A DNA stretch of 36,439 nucleotides from an uncultured Candidatus Saccharibacteria bacterium (GTDB lineage Bacteria; Patescibacteriota; Minisyncoccia; Phycocordibacterales; GWA1-40-21): contig CAYVWL010000002.1 in the NCBI GenBank assembly GCA_964455475.1, positions 1 through 36,439 on the forward strand, read 5' to 3'. The translations under genes were made by a program, and so were the position numbers. The notes under the pieces are model-generated. The model was given only the letters and a program-made list of their open reading frames with translations. It did no database searches and was not told the origin of the DNA. Position 1 is the first letter of the stretch; every line of letters begins with the position of its first letter. Shown here piece by piece: positions 17,139 through 24,672 of the stretch.

Positions 17139-17669
17139 ATGTTCTCGGATCCGGAAAATAATATAAAACAATTTGCCTTGGCCTCGGGGATGCAGGTGGC
17201 GGATTTTGGATCGGGGTCCGGATTTTATTCCATGGCCGCCGCCAAAGAGGTGGCTCCGTCTGGACGGGTTTTTGCCGTAGATATTCAGAAAGATTTACTG
17301 GAGAAATTAAAAAACGGCGCCCGACAAAATCATTTAAATAATATTGATATTATCTGGGGGGATCTGGAGCATTTGGGTGGCACCAAATTACGAGAGAACT
17401 CTATGGATGCGGTGATTGCATGCAATCTATTTTTCCAGATAGAGAATAAGGATGGTCTGTGTCTGGAGGCCAAGCGTATTTTACGTCCTAATGGCCGGGT
17501 AATGGTAGTGGATTGGGCTGGGTCATTTGGCGGTCTTGGTCCCACAGAAAAAGATGTGGTTAGTAAGGATAGCCTGACACATATTTTCGAGGAGCACGGC
17601 TTTGTCCTGGATAGGGAAATTAGCGCCGGGGCACATCATTATGGTCTTATTTTTAGAAAAACAAAATAA
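17139..17669 (+). CDS. Class I SAM-dependent methyltransferase
   Basis: Motif I VADFGSGSGFYS; later DAVIACNLFFQ and LRPNGRVMVVDW. Start moved to ATG 17139 because the longer ORF (17076) overlaps the gyrA end. TATAAT at 17127-17132 lies 6 nt upstream. Confidence 0.75.
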   Translation: MFSDPENNIKQFALASGMQVADFGSGSGFYSMAAAKEVAPSGRVFAVDIQKDLLEKLKNGARQNHLNNIDIIWGDLEHLGGTKLRENSMDAVIACNLFFQIENKDGLCLEAKRILRPNGRVMVVDWAGSFGGLGPTEKDVVSKDSLTHIFEEHGFVLDREISAGAHHYGLIFRKTK

Positions 17670-18968
17670 ATGAAAAACAGTAAATTATTTCAATACATTG
17701 TCTTTGGCCTCTTTATCTTTTTTATTATCGTTGGTGCTATCCTCTTTTCCACCTATCGCTCGACAGATAAAAATGCCGTCGCCGTAGATATTACCATGTG
17801 GGGCACTCTGCCGTCAGAGAACTTTAGTCCTTTTGCTACCGATTACTTTAACAAAGCGGGGTTAAAATATTATGTAAAATATGAACAGCGGGATCCAGCC
17901 ACTTTTGATGCCGATTTGGTGGAAGCCCTCGCCTCCGGTACTGGCCCAGACGCCATTATTTTGCCAGATGACTTGATTGTCCGCTATAGCAATAAGATTT
18001 ACCCTATTCCTTATACTATTCTGCCCGAGCTAAATTTCAAACAGACCTTTATTCAAGAAGGTGAATTATATCTGACTAATAGTGGAGTCTTAGCCCTGCC
18101 GTTTATGGTGGATCCACTGGTCATGTATTGGAATAGGGATATGTTTAACAATGTGAGCGTGACCAAGCCCCCGGCCACCTGGGCCGATATTTTGGCCCTA
18201 GTGCCAAAGATGACCAAGAAGGATCAGAATCAAAATATTTTAGCCAGCACCGTGGCCCTGGGTGAATTCCGCAATGTAAATAATGCCAAGGATATTTTAA
18301 GTGCCTTGATGATTCAGTCCGGTAATCCACTCGTCAAATCAAATTCTGACGGTTCATTTCAGAGTACTTTAAATTATGATTTTGGCCTGAGTACTTCACC
18401 GGCAGTCCTGTCCCTACAATTCTTTACTAATTTTTCCAATCCCACCAAGGCTAATTATTCCTGGAACCGCTCTCTACCAAGCTCTATAGACGCTTTTGCC
18501 AATGGTGATTTAGCACTATATTTTGGTTATGCCTCCGAGTATCTGAAAATAAAAAATAAAAATCCAAATCTGAATTTTGATGTGGCTCTTCTCCCACAGA
18601 TTGCCGGTGCCAAGATACTGAATACCTTTGGGAAAATATCCGCTTTTGCTATCATGAAAAATTCAGCGGATCCAGCCGGTACCTTTACGGTCCTATCCGC
18701 CTTGACCAGCGCTTCGGCTTTTCCGTTCTGGAATCCTGTTTTCAATTTACCATCAGCTAGGCGAGATATTTTAAGCCAGGTGGACCAGAGTCCCGCTAAA
18801 ACCATCTTTAACAAGAGTGCTGTTATGAGCAAAGGCTGGCTGGATCCAAACCGGGCCCAAACCAGCAGTATTTTCCAGGATATGGTAGAATCATTTACGA
18901 CCGGGCGGGAAAGCCTGGACTCTGCGGTTAGTACCGCGTCAGATAGATTGGATGGTTTGTTAAAATAA
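17670..18968 (+). CDS. Membrane-anchored extracellular solute-binding protein (family 1 SBP-like), with no transporter partners nearby
   Basis: N-terminal TM (FQYIVFGLFIFFIIVGAILF). SBP-like stretches GTGPDAIILPDD, ALPFMVDPLVMYWNRDMF and KPPATWADIL. The ATG directly follows the TAA of the methyltransferase. The stop overlaps the next ATG (TAATG at 18966-18970). Confidence 0.65.
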   Translation: MKNSKLFQYIVFGLFIFFIIVGAILFSTYRSTDKNAVAVDITMWGTLPSENFSPFATDYFNKAGLKYYVKYEQRDPATFDADLVEALASGTGPDAIILPDDLIVRYSNKIYPIPYTILPELNFKQTFIQEGELYLTNSGVLALPFMVDPLVMYWNRDMFNNVSVTKPPATWADILALVPKMTKKDQNQNILASTVALGEFRNVNNAKDILSALMIQSGNPLVKSNSDGSFQSTLNYDFGLSTSPAVLSLQFFTNFSNPTKANYSWNRSLPSSIDAFANGDLALYFGYASEYLKIKNKNPNLNFDVALLPQIAGAKILNTFGKISAFAIMKNSADPAGTFTVLSALTSASAFPFWNPVFNLPSARRDILSQVDQSPAKTIFNKSAVMSKGWLDPNRAQTSSIFQDMVESFTTGRESLDSAVSTASDRLDGLLK

Positions 18969-19393
18969 TGTATTTGATTAATAATAAAAAATTTTTTGCT
19001 GGCATATTTTCTCTTCTGTTTTTAATTTTGCCTTTATTGTCTTATTCAGCACTTATTGATTGTAATATTGCTACAACAACCCCTACCGCAACAAATCCAT
19101 CTGGCTTTGTAAAACCCTGCAATTTTTCTACTTTTGTAGAAACAATAAACCGAATTATTAATTGGATTATTAGTATTGCTGGGGTAATATTCACCATCTC
19201 TGCTATTTGGGGCGGTTTTCTCTATATGACTTCGGGGGAGAAGCCGGCTAACAAGGAAAAGGCTAAAAGTATACTCTGGAATACTTTATTGGGATTTGTT
19301 ATAATATTGGTAGCCTGGCTCATCGTATATACAATACTAGTTAATTTGGTAAAAGATGGAGGTGCAAATTCGATTTTTAGATTCTTACAATAA
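18968..19393 (+). CDS. VirB2/TrbC-like (T4SS-pilin-type) small membrane protein, paralog 1
   Basis: Signal peptide, a Cys pair (IDC...KPC), then TM1 (IISIAGVIFTISAIWGGFLYM), a charged loop (TSGEKPANKEKAKS) and TM2 (LLGFVIILVAWLIVYTIL). This architecture is typical of proteins annotated as pilin in CPR and Gram-positive T4SS loci. Confidence 0.65.
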   Translation: MYLINNKKFFAGIFSLLFLILPLLSYSALIDCNIATTTPTATNPSGFVKPCNFSTFVETINRIINWIISIAGVIFTISAIWGGFLYMTSGEKPANKEKAKSILWNTLLGFVIILVAWLIVYTILVNLVKDGGANSIFRFLQ

Positions 19394-19394
19394 A

Positions 19395-19748
19395 ATGAAA
19401 AAATTCTTACCACATATAATAGCTTCATTTGCAATAATGTTTCCATTGTTCTTGTTTGCCGGGCCTAGTGGTTACACTATAGATAATCCACTAAAATCAA
19501 ATGATGTGAAGGGTATTTTGATGGATGTTATGAAGCTGGTAGCTACTGTCGGTGCGATAATTGTGGTTTTCTTTATAATTTATTCTGGTTATAAGTTTGT
19601 GACTGCTAGAGGTGATCCAGGCAAGATTGAAGAGGCTAAGAAAACCTTTTATGCCACTGTCATCGGGGGAGCTATTCTACTTGGGGCGGATATTATTGCT
19701 AATATCGTGGTAAATACGGTTAAGACCACAACTGGTACCACTTTTTAA
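19395..19748 (+). CDS. VirB2/TrbC-like small membrane protein, paralog 2
   Basis: Start taken at MKKFLPHII (ATG 19395, 1 nt after the preceding stop). Signal peptide, TM1 (LVATVGAIIVVFFIIYSGYKFV), loop ARGDPGKIEEAKKT, TM2. Confidence 0.65.
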   Translation: MKKFLPHIIASFAIMFPLFLFAGPSGYTIDNPLKSNDVKGILMDVMKLVATVGAIIVVFFIIYSGYKFVTARGDPGKIEEAKKTFYATVIGGAILLGADIIANIVVNTVKTTTGTTF

Positions 19749-19770
19749 TTATTATTTAATCTTCATTTGA

Positions 19771-20124
19771 ATGAAAAAAATTATATACATTTTCTACTCA
19801 TTCGTTCTTCTGGCCCTAGCTATTCCCGTATTTGGAGCTCCAGCTACCACTTTTAGAAGTTTAATTGACAATACTATAATAGGAGGAATATTGAAGCCTC
19901 TCGTGCCCCTTCTTATTGGGCTTGCAGTAATAGTCTTTATATACGGAGTACTCTTACTTATGTTTTCCGAGGGAGGAGAGAAGAAGGAAGAGGGCAAGCA
20001 ATATATGCTCTGGGGAATTATTGGTATTTTTGTGATGGTATCAGTCTGGGGTCTGGTGGCCATACTTAGTAATACTCTTCAGTTGGATAACGCCCCAAAA
20101 ACCGTCAAAATCGAATTGAAGTAA
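19771..20124 (+). CDS. VirB2/TrbC-like small membrane protein, paralog 3
   Basis: Signal peptide MKKIIYIFYSFVLLALAIPVFG, TM1, loop SEGGEKKEEGKQ, TM2 (MLWGIIGIFVMVSVWGLVAIL). Confidence 0.6.
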   Translation: MKKIIYIFYSFVLLALAIPVFGAPATTFRSLIDNTIIGGILKPLVPLLIGLAVIVFIYGVLLLMFSEGGEKKEEGKQYMLWGIIGIFVMVSVWGLVAILSNTLQLDNAPKTVKIELK

Positions 20125-20150
20125 GTACAGACTCCCTGTGGATACCTTGT

Positions 20151-20179
20151 TTGCTGATTTAATGATAAAAAGTTATAAT
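20151..20179 (+). promoter_or_regulatory. Internal promoter within the pilin-like array
   Basis: TTGCTG (20151-20156), 17-nt spacer, TATAAT (20174-20179), in the only long (110-bp) gap of the array. Confidence 0.5.
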
Positions 20180-20234
20180 TATCAGGTAAAAATAATCAAA
20201 GGTCGTAAATTTATTAATCGCTTAGGATAAAATT

Positions 20235-20624
20235 GTGAAAAAAATTATAATCAGTCTGGGTTTAACTATAATAGTAGGGTTACCTATGCTGGTTTTAGCT
20301 CAGACTAGTATAAATTCACTTTTTGTTAGTGCCAGGACCATTCTAAACAGCGCAATTATATTCCTGATCTCCCTTGCTGTCTGTTGGTTTATCTGGAATG
20401 TGATTCAGTATGCTATCGCCCAGGATGAAGAAAAAAAGGGAGACGCAAAAGGTCAAATGGTCTGGGGGATAATTGCTATCGCTGTTATCGTATCAATCTG
20501 GGGTTTGGTGAATATCTTGCAGGTACTTTTTGGAACCAAGACTGATAAAGCCAAGACCAATTCAGAACTAGAGAATATGATACCCGGGGTAGTCTTGCAA
20601 ATAGAAAATATAGCAGAAGTTTAA
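20235..20624 (+). CDS. VirB2/TrbC-like small membrane protein, paralog 4 (GTG start)
   Basis: Signal peptide, TM1 (FLISLAVCWFIWNVIQY), loop AQDEEKKGDAKGQ, TM2 (MVWGIIAIAVIVSIWGLVNIL). Shares a 30-nt identical block (20376-20405) with paralog 5 (20831-20860). Confidence 0.6.
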   Translation: MKKIIISLGLTIIVGLPMLVLAQTSINSLFVSARTILNSAIIFLISLAVCWFIWNVIQYAIAQDEEKKGDAKGQMVWGIIAIAVIVSIWGLVNILQVLFGTKTDKAKTNSELENMIPGVVLQIENIAEV

Positions 20625-20659
20625 AAATATTTATTAGTTTATTAATTTATTAAAATAAT

Positions 20660-21028
20660 ATGAAAAAAATTGTCAAAATTGGAGTGGGATCACTTTGGGC
20701 TTTGCCTTTTATGGCACTAGCAGCGGGTGCGGCAGGTACTGTCGATGGTAGTTATTTAACTGGCTTATTTGATAATGCAAAATGGATATTGGATAAAGTA
20801 GTTGTCTTTCTTATTTCCTTGGCTGTCTGTTGGTTTATCTGGAATGTGATTAGTTATACCATATCAGAGGATGAGGAAAAGAAGGGTGCGGCCAAGAGCC
20901 AGATGATCTGGGGTATTGTGGCTATCGCTGTCATCGTTTCCATTTGGGGTATAGTGGCTATCCTTCAAAATCTGTTTGGAGCGGGTGGTGGAACGGCTAT
21001 AACTCCAGCAGATCTTCTCCCACAATAA
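20660..21028 (+). CDS. VirB2/TrbC-like small membrane protein, paralog 5
   Basis: Signal peptide, TM1 (FLISLAVCWFIWNVISY), loop SEDEEKKGAAKSQ, TM2 (MIWGIVAIAVIVSIWGIVAIL). Looks like a recent duplicate of paralog 4. Confidence 0.6.
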   Translation: MKKIVKIGVGSLWALPFMALAAGAAGTVDGSYLTGLFDNAKWILDKVVVFLISLAVCWFIWNVISYTISEDEEKKGAAKSQMIWGIVAIAVIVSIWGIVAILQNLFGAGGGTAITPADLLPQ

Positions 21029-21034
21029 TATCAA

Positions 21035-21295
21035 ATGCACGGTACACCTATAGCTACAAATACGTTAATACAAAATATATTAGATAATATTGTAAATCCA
21101 ATAGTCACTTTGATGCTGGCTGTTGCACTGATAGTCTTTCTCTGGGGTGTTTTCCAGTTTGTTCGTAATGCGGAGAGTTCGGAAGAAAGAAGGACTGGCG
21201 GGTTTCATATGATGTGGGGTGCTATAGGTCTATTTATCATGGTGACAGCATATGGAATATTGAATTTGATTTTAGGGACGATAGGGAAGCAATAA
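21035..21295 (+). CDS. VirB2/TrbC-like small membrane protein, paralog 6 (no obvious signal peptide)
   Basis: Two TM segments flank the loop NAESSEERRTGG. Same core layout as paralogs 1-5. Confidence 0.5.
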   Translation: MHGTPIATNTLIQNILDNIVNPIVTLMLAVALIVFLWGVFQFVRNAESSEERRTGGFHMMWGAIGLFIMVTAYGILNLILGTIGKQ

Positions 21296-21325
21296 TTATT
21301 TTGGTTGCCTTCAAATATTAATCAG

Positions 21326-21364
21326 CAAAAAACACCCCTCGCCAAACAGCTCAGGGTGCTTTTT
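21326..21364. terminator. Possible bidirectional terminator at the left edge of the G+C-rich island
   Basis: A-run, CACCCC (21333-21338) ... AGGGTG (21353-21358), T-run. The stem is short and the loop large, so the call is weak. Confidence 0.35.
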
Positions 21365-21412
21365 GATGCCGTTCATCACGGCACCAACTCTACTAGGTTT
21401 GGAAACCTCCTC

Positions 21413-22039
21413 TTACTCCATCGTCCCAATCAGGCTGCAGATCGCCACTGGTCCATCTGGTAGCCAGGTAATTGTCCCTGACCAGGCATTTGTCCCCGTC
21501 TCACGCATATCTACCCGACTGTGTTCCTTTGGCCTGTCCTGGTCCCTATCTCCGGACCAAGTTTTGCCTGCCTTCAGTCCGACCCTGCCCAGACGTATCC
21601 TTTCCCTTTCTGGCCTACCAAATTCGATGTAGGGAACATCGAAATACAGGGATTCGGTGCTGTTTTCAATCATCTCAGCCACCGTTACTTCATCGGCGTT
21701 TCTGTTTCGTCCGTGGATGTACTCCCCAGACGGAACGTACCATGTCCACCGGTACACCATCTTTTGGGTACGGGCAACTGGTATCTGACTGACACTGAGA
21801 GGAGCTGGCAACGCAGGATTATTCAGTCTGCTCTCCTCCTGGGCCTTCTGCTCACGTTGCCGATTCTGAGTCATCTCCCGAAAGAGAGGCACGAGAATCA
21901 GTGCGATAATAAGCGCCGACACTGTGATCAGCCAAGGCTTCTTCCTCCCCGCCGTCCCTTTCATCGCTTTCCAGGCCCACACGATCAGGACGATAATGAG
22001 TAGGCTAACGAGCAGAAATTCTACATGTACAACGGTCAT
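21413..22039 (-). CDS. Hypothetical membrane protein (two N-terminal TM segments plus an unrecognised soluble domain)
   Basis: ORF with a strong SD (AAAGGAGAGACTC-ATG). TM1 FLLVSLLIIVLIVWAW, TM2 WLITVSALIIALILVPLF. Composition is G+C-rich relative to the flanks. No family recognised. Confidence 0.6.
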   Translation of the reverse strand: MTVVHVEFLLVSLLIIVLIVWAWKAMKGTAGRKKPWLITVSALIIALILVPLFREMTQNRQREQKAQEESRLNNPALPAPLSVSQIPVARTQKMVYRWTWYVPSGEYIHGRNRNADEVTVAEMIENSTESLYFDVPYIEFGRPERERIRLGRVGLKAGKTWSGDRDQDRPKEHSRVDMRETGTNAWSGTITWLPDGPVAICSLIGTME

Positions 22040-22052
22040 GAGTCTCTCCTTT

Positions 22053-22079
22053 GGGTGGCGAGGACATTCCTCGCCACCC
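22053..22079 (-). promoter_or_regulatory. Perfect 11-bp intercistronic stem-loop between the two island genes
   Basis: GGGTGGCGAGG-ACATT-CCTCGCCACCC. It lies between the stop of the SPFH-like gene (22088) and the SD/start of the downstream gene (22039). Confidence 0.7.
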
Positions 22080-22087
22080 GGTGTTGA

Positions 22088-23245
22088 TTACTTCGGTTCC
22101 GGCTTCTTGCTTCCAGCTTGATCAAGATTGATTAGGGAGTTACCCCCAATCACTTGAGGCTTTGCAATCTCAATCGCCAGCGCCATTGCTTGCTCGGGAG
22201 TGAGATCTCTCTGTGCCACGAGTCGGCGAAGCACCTGATTTACCATGAGACTGGCAGCTTCGGCTGTTCCTTGGCCTTCCAGTATACGCTTCTCTCTCTC
22301 AGCCCTCGCCGTTACTACCAGGTTGTCTGCAGCAATTGCTGTAGTCTTGGTTGAGGCATAGGCTGCCGCTATGGCTTCCGCGCCACCTCCAGAGAGCTCG
22401 ATTCCGATTATGTCGATCGAGATCAGGGTGTAGCCGGTAGCCTCACTCAATGTGCCGAAACCGCAGTCCTTACTGTTGAGCTCTTTTGTGAGCCCCATCA
22501 GGTAGGCCGGCCCTCTAGCATTCTTGAGTTTTAAGGCCTCAGCGTAATCCATATCTCCGGCTGTCTCCCTCAACCCTTGCATGACATGAGCCTTCAGGAT
22601 CTTGATACTGCCACGATTCTTTATCTTGGCGATATAGGCATTGGTCATCTTGAAAGTAATGACCACATCCCAGTCGATCTTCGACGCCAGATCCGCAAGC
22701 TCTAGTCCTGGCACTAACAACCTTTCTGTGGATTGGATCGGAAGGTATATGACATCAGAGTATGGTGTCACCTTCATGCCAACCGAGCCATTCGGCTCAT
22801 TGACAAGCTTGACCTGTTCAGTATCGAAAGTCATGGCACCATGAAGGGGCCACAAGCCGATCCAGGTAAATCCCAGCCCAGCACTAGAAGTACTGTCAGA
22901 GTCCTCCGTAATCTCCCCACCTGGATGAATGGTGTGACCTCTCATCGCTCCGATAGCTCGGTCGAACTCGCCATTCTCAATGCCGTAATAGAGTAGGGAT
23001 ACAAACCCTTCTCTCTTAGCATAGATAAATAAGGCCTTCTTCCCGAGAATGTACAGAGCCATCATCATGCCGGCAAGGACCGTCAGGGCGAAAAATCCGT
23101 ACACCAGGACATCCACCCAGCCCAATTTGATTGTCAGAATAGTCTCCTTGTTTACAGAATAAGCCCAAAACGAAAGGGCCAAAACTGTGAGAACCCGGAG
23201 TATCATTGCCAGAACCTTCATTGTCTCTTCTCCTCTGCGCATCAT
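22088..23245 (-). CDS. SPFH/band-7 (stomatin/prohibitin/flotillin-like) membrane protein
   Basis: Two N-terminal TM segments. The central beta/alpha region ends in ISIDIIGIELS, followed by an Ala/Glu-rich helix (AAAYASTKTTAIAADNLVVTARAEREKRILEGQGTAEAA), as in SPFH proteins. The assignment is from memory of family patterns. The likely true start is ATG 23221 (MKVLAMIL), preceded by GAGGAGAAG. Confidence 0.5.
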   Translation of the reverse strand: MMRRGEETMKVLAMILRVLTVLALSFWAYSVNKETILTIKLGWVDVLVYGFFALTVLAGMMMALYILGKKALFIYAKREGFVSLLYYGIENGEFDRAIGAMRGHTIHPGGEITEDSDSTSSAGLGFTWIGLWPLHGAMTFDTEQVKLVNEPNGSVGMKVTPYSDVIYLPIQSTERLLVPGLELADLASKIDWDVVITFKMTNAYIAKIKNRGSIKILKAHVMQGLRETAGDMDYAEALKLKNARGPAYLMGLTKELNSKDCGFGTLSEATGYTLISIDIIGIELSGGGAEAIAAAYASTKTTAIAADNLVVTARAEREKRILEGQGTAEAASLMVNQVLRRLVAQRDLTPEQAMALAIEIAKPQVIGGNSLINLDQAGSKKPEPK

Positions 23246-23404
23246 GCGCGTCGTACGTTACTACACTAAGCTAGTTTCCAAACCTGTCAAAGAACAGGCA
23301 GTAGGACGGGCTTTTGCCCTCCTCTGCAAGCCTTTAGGCAGGTCAGAGAAGGGAACACCCCTCCTTGTAATCTATCTATAATACTAGCATATTTGAATCA
23401 AAAA

Positions 23405-24400
23405 GTCAAGGAAAATGTTATGGTTCAATAGCTTGGAAACACTTCCCCATATATACTATGAAAATGTCATACACAAAGAATCCGTATCTCCCCAAGGTCC
23501 GTCAGGACGCCGCCGACTTGGTCCGTCGCGGTTGGGGCGTGAGAAAAGTCGCCAGATATGTCGGGGTCAGTCCGGGGACGATCACCAAGTGGGTTAAGAG
23601 AGCTAAGGTAATTGGCTACCACCCCATCCCCACCCTGTCCTCACGACCAAAACATCATCCGCGACAACTGAGCAGTGAATTGGTTTGGAAAATATATCAT
23701 AAACGAGTTCAGATTAAACGGAGCGCCGAGGTGGTCAGACAGGAATTGATCAACGAAGGAATACCGGTGTCCCTGTCTTCGGTCAAACGAACTTTAGACC
23801 GGATGGGTTTGCTAAACAAGAGAAGTCCGTGGAAACGATATCATTTGCCAATCCAGCGACCAGACGTCCAAAAACAAGGTGATTTGGTGCAAATTGACAC
23901 TGTTCACCTTCTGAACGAACATGGGAAAAGAGTGTACGTTTTCACTTTGCTTGATGTGTATTCACGATATGCTTTTGCTCGCGCCTACGAACGAGCGACT
24001 TCAGCCACCGCTTTTCGTTTTCTGAATTGGTGTCAGAAGCAAGTAGATTTCAAATTCCAAACCGTCCAAAGTGACAACGGTTCCGAGTTCGCTGGTTGGT
24101 TCAGTGATCATATTAAATCCGTCCACCGACATACCAGAGTGCGAAGACCAAATGACAATGGACACCTGGAGAGATTCAACCGCACGGTGCAAGAGGAATG
24201 TTTGGACAAGGTGGAAAAGAAAGTTTCGAAGATCAATCAAGCCCTGACAAAATACATGAAATATTACAACGAAAAACGTCTGCATTTTGGGTTGAATTTG
24301 CAGACACCTTTACAAGCTTTAACTAACAAGTGTTTCCAAGGTATTGATTAGAATACGGGAAAATAAGGAGAGAGCAAAAGCGAGCGACTATATTTTCCTA
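23405..24400 (+). mobile_element. IS481-family-like insertion sequence (boundaries approximate)
   Basis: Single DDE transposase ORF. An imperfect terminal inverted repeat is possible: AAGGAAAATGTTATGG near 23411 against the reverse complement of CGACTATATTTTCCTAT near 24385-24401 (an AGGAAAAT core plus scattered matches). No direct repeats seen. Confidence 0.5.
23458..24351 (+). CDS. IS481-family DDE transposase (HTH + rve integrase core)
   Basis: N-terminal HTH (RRGWGVRKVARYVGVSPGTITKWVKR). DDE candidates in LVQIDTVHL, VQSDNGSEF and NGHLERFNRTVQEE, with retroviral-integrase-like spacing. Confidence 0.8.
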   Translation: MKMSYTKNPYLPKVRQDAADLVRRGWGVRKVARYVGVSPGTITKWVKRAKVIGYHPIPTLSSRPKHHPRQLSSELVWKIYHKRVQIKRSAEVVRQELINEGIPVSLSSVKRTLDRMGLLNKRSPWKRYHLPIQRPDVQKQGDLVQIDTVHLLNEHGKRVYVFTLLDVYSRYAFARAYERATSATAFRFLNWCQKQVDFKFQTVQSDNGSEFAGWFSDHIKSVHRHTRVRRPNDNGHLERFNRTVQEECLDKVEKKVSKINQALTKYMKYYNEKRLHFGLNLQTPLQALTNKCFQGID

Positions 24401-24515
24401 TGATCCTGCACCATTTTCGCAAAATATCCTTGATCTACAACATAAAATATAGCTTCAACCTAGGAAAGGTAAAGATAAAAAGACCTCCCCAAAAATGGTT
24501 TGGGGATCAAGATAC

Positions 24516-24590
24516 TGTGGGCGAGGGGAGACTTGGTCACCAATATTTTTCTGCTGAAAAATTTGGCTACCCCGCCTCATACCGTCGTAT
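24516..24590 (-). pseudogene. Internally deleted copy of the tRNA-Leu(TAG) locus: 3'-terminal 20 nt fused to upstream spacer
   Basis: TGTGGGCGAGGGGAGACTTG (24516-24535) is identical to 24671-24690, the tRNA-Leu 3' end. The following roughly 52 nt match the spacer upstream of the intact gene (24779-24829) at about 41 of 52 positions. The junction shares ACTTG microhomology. Confidence 0.7.
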
Positions 24591-24620
24591 TCCGGCCTTC
24601 AAGATCTTCCCCCCATCCTC

Positions 24621-24664
24621 ACAAAACAAAAAAATCAAATATTTCCAGAAGTCATATTTGATTT
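24621..24664 (-). terminator. Intrinsic terminator of the minus-strand tRNA operon
   Basis: Perfect 11-bp stem AAATCAAATAT / ATATTTGATTT (24632-24642 / 24654-24664) with an 11-nt loop. On the minus strand it is followed by TTTTTTTGTTTTG. Confidence 0.65.
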
Positions 24665-24672
24665 AAGTTTTG

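Noticed and set aside
21333-21343. CCCCTCGCC at the left island edge as a second att copy of the tRNA-Leu 3' end (GGCGAGGGG)
   Set aside because: The match is only 9 nt and is in inverted rather than direct orientation. Similar C-rich/G-rich strings are common in this window's hairpin family.
21363-22121. Plus-strand ORFs 21363-21632, 21472-21792, 21521-22003 and 21924-22121, and plus-strand ORFs at 22154-22996
   Set aside because: They are typical antisense open frames of a G+C-richer segment. They are P/R/S-rich with no SD, whereas the minus-strand genes have strong SD sites, TM helices and a recognisable domain.
24400-24666. ORF 24400-24666 (+) and ORF 24635-24826 (-), with ORFs 24953-25381 over the tRNA genes
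   Set aside because: They run across a tRNA remnant, a terminator hairpin and intact tRNA genes. No coding features are present.
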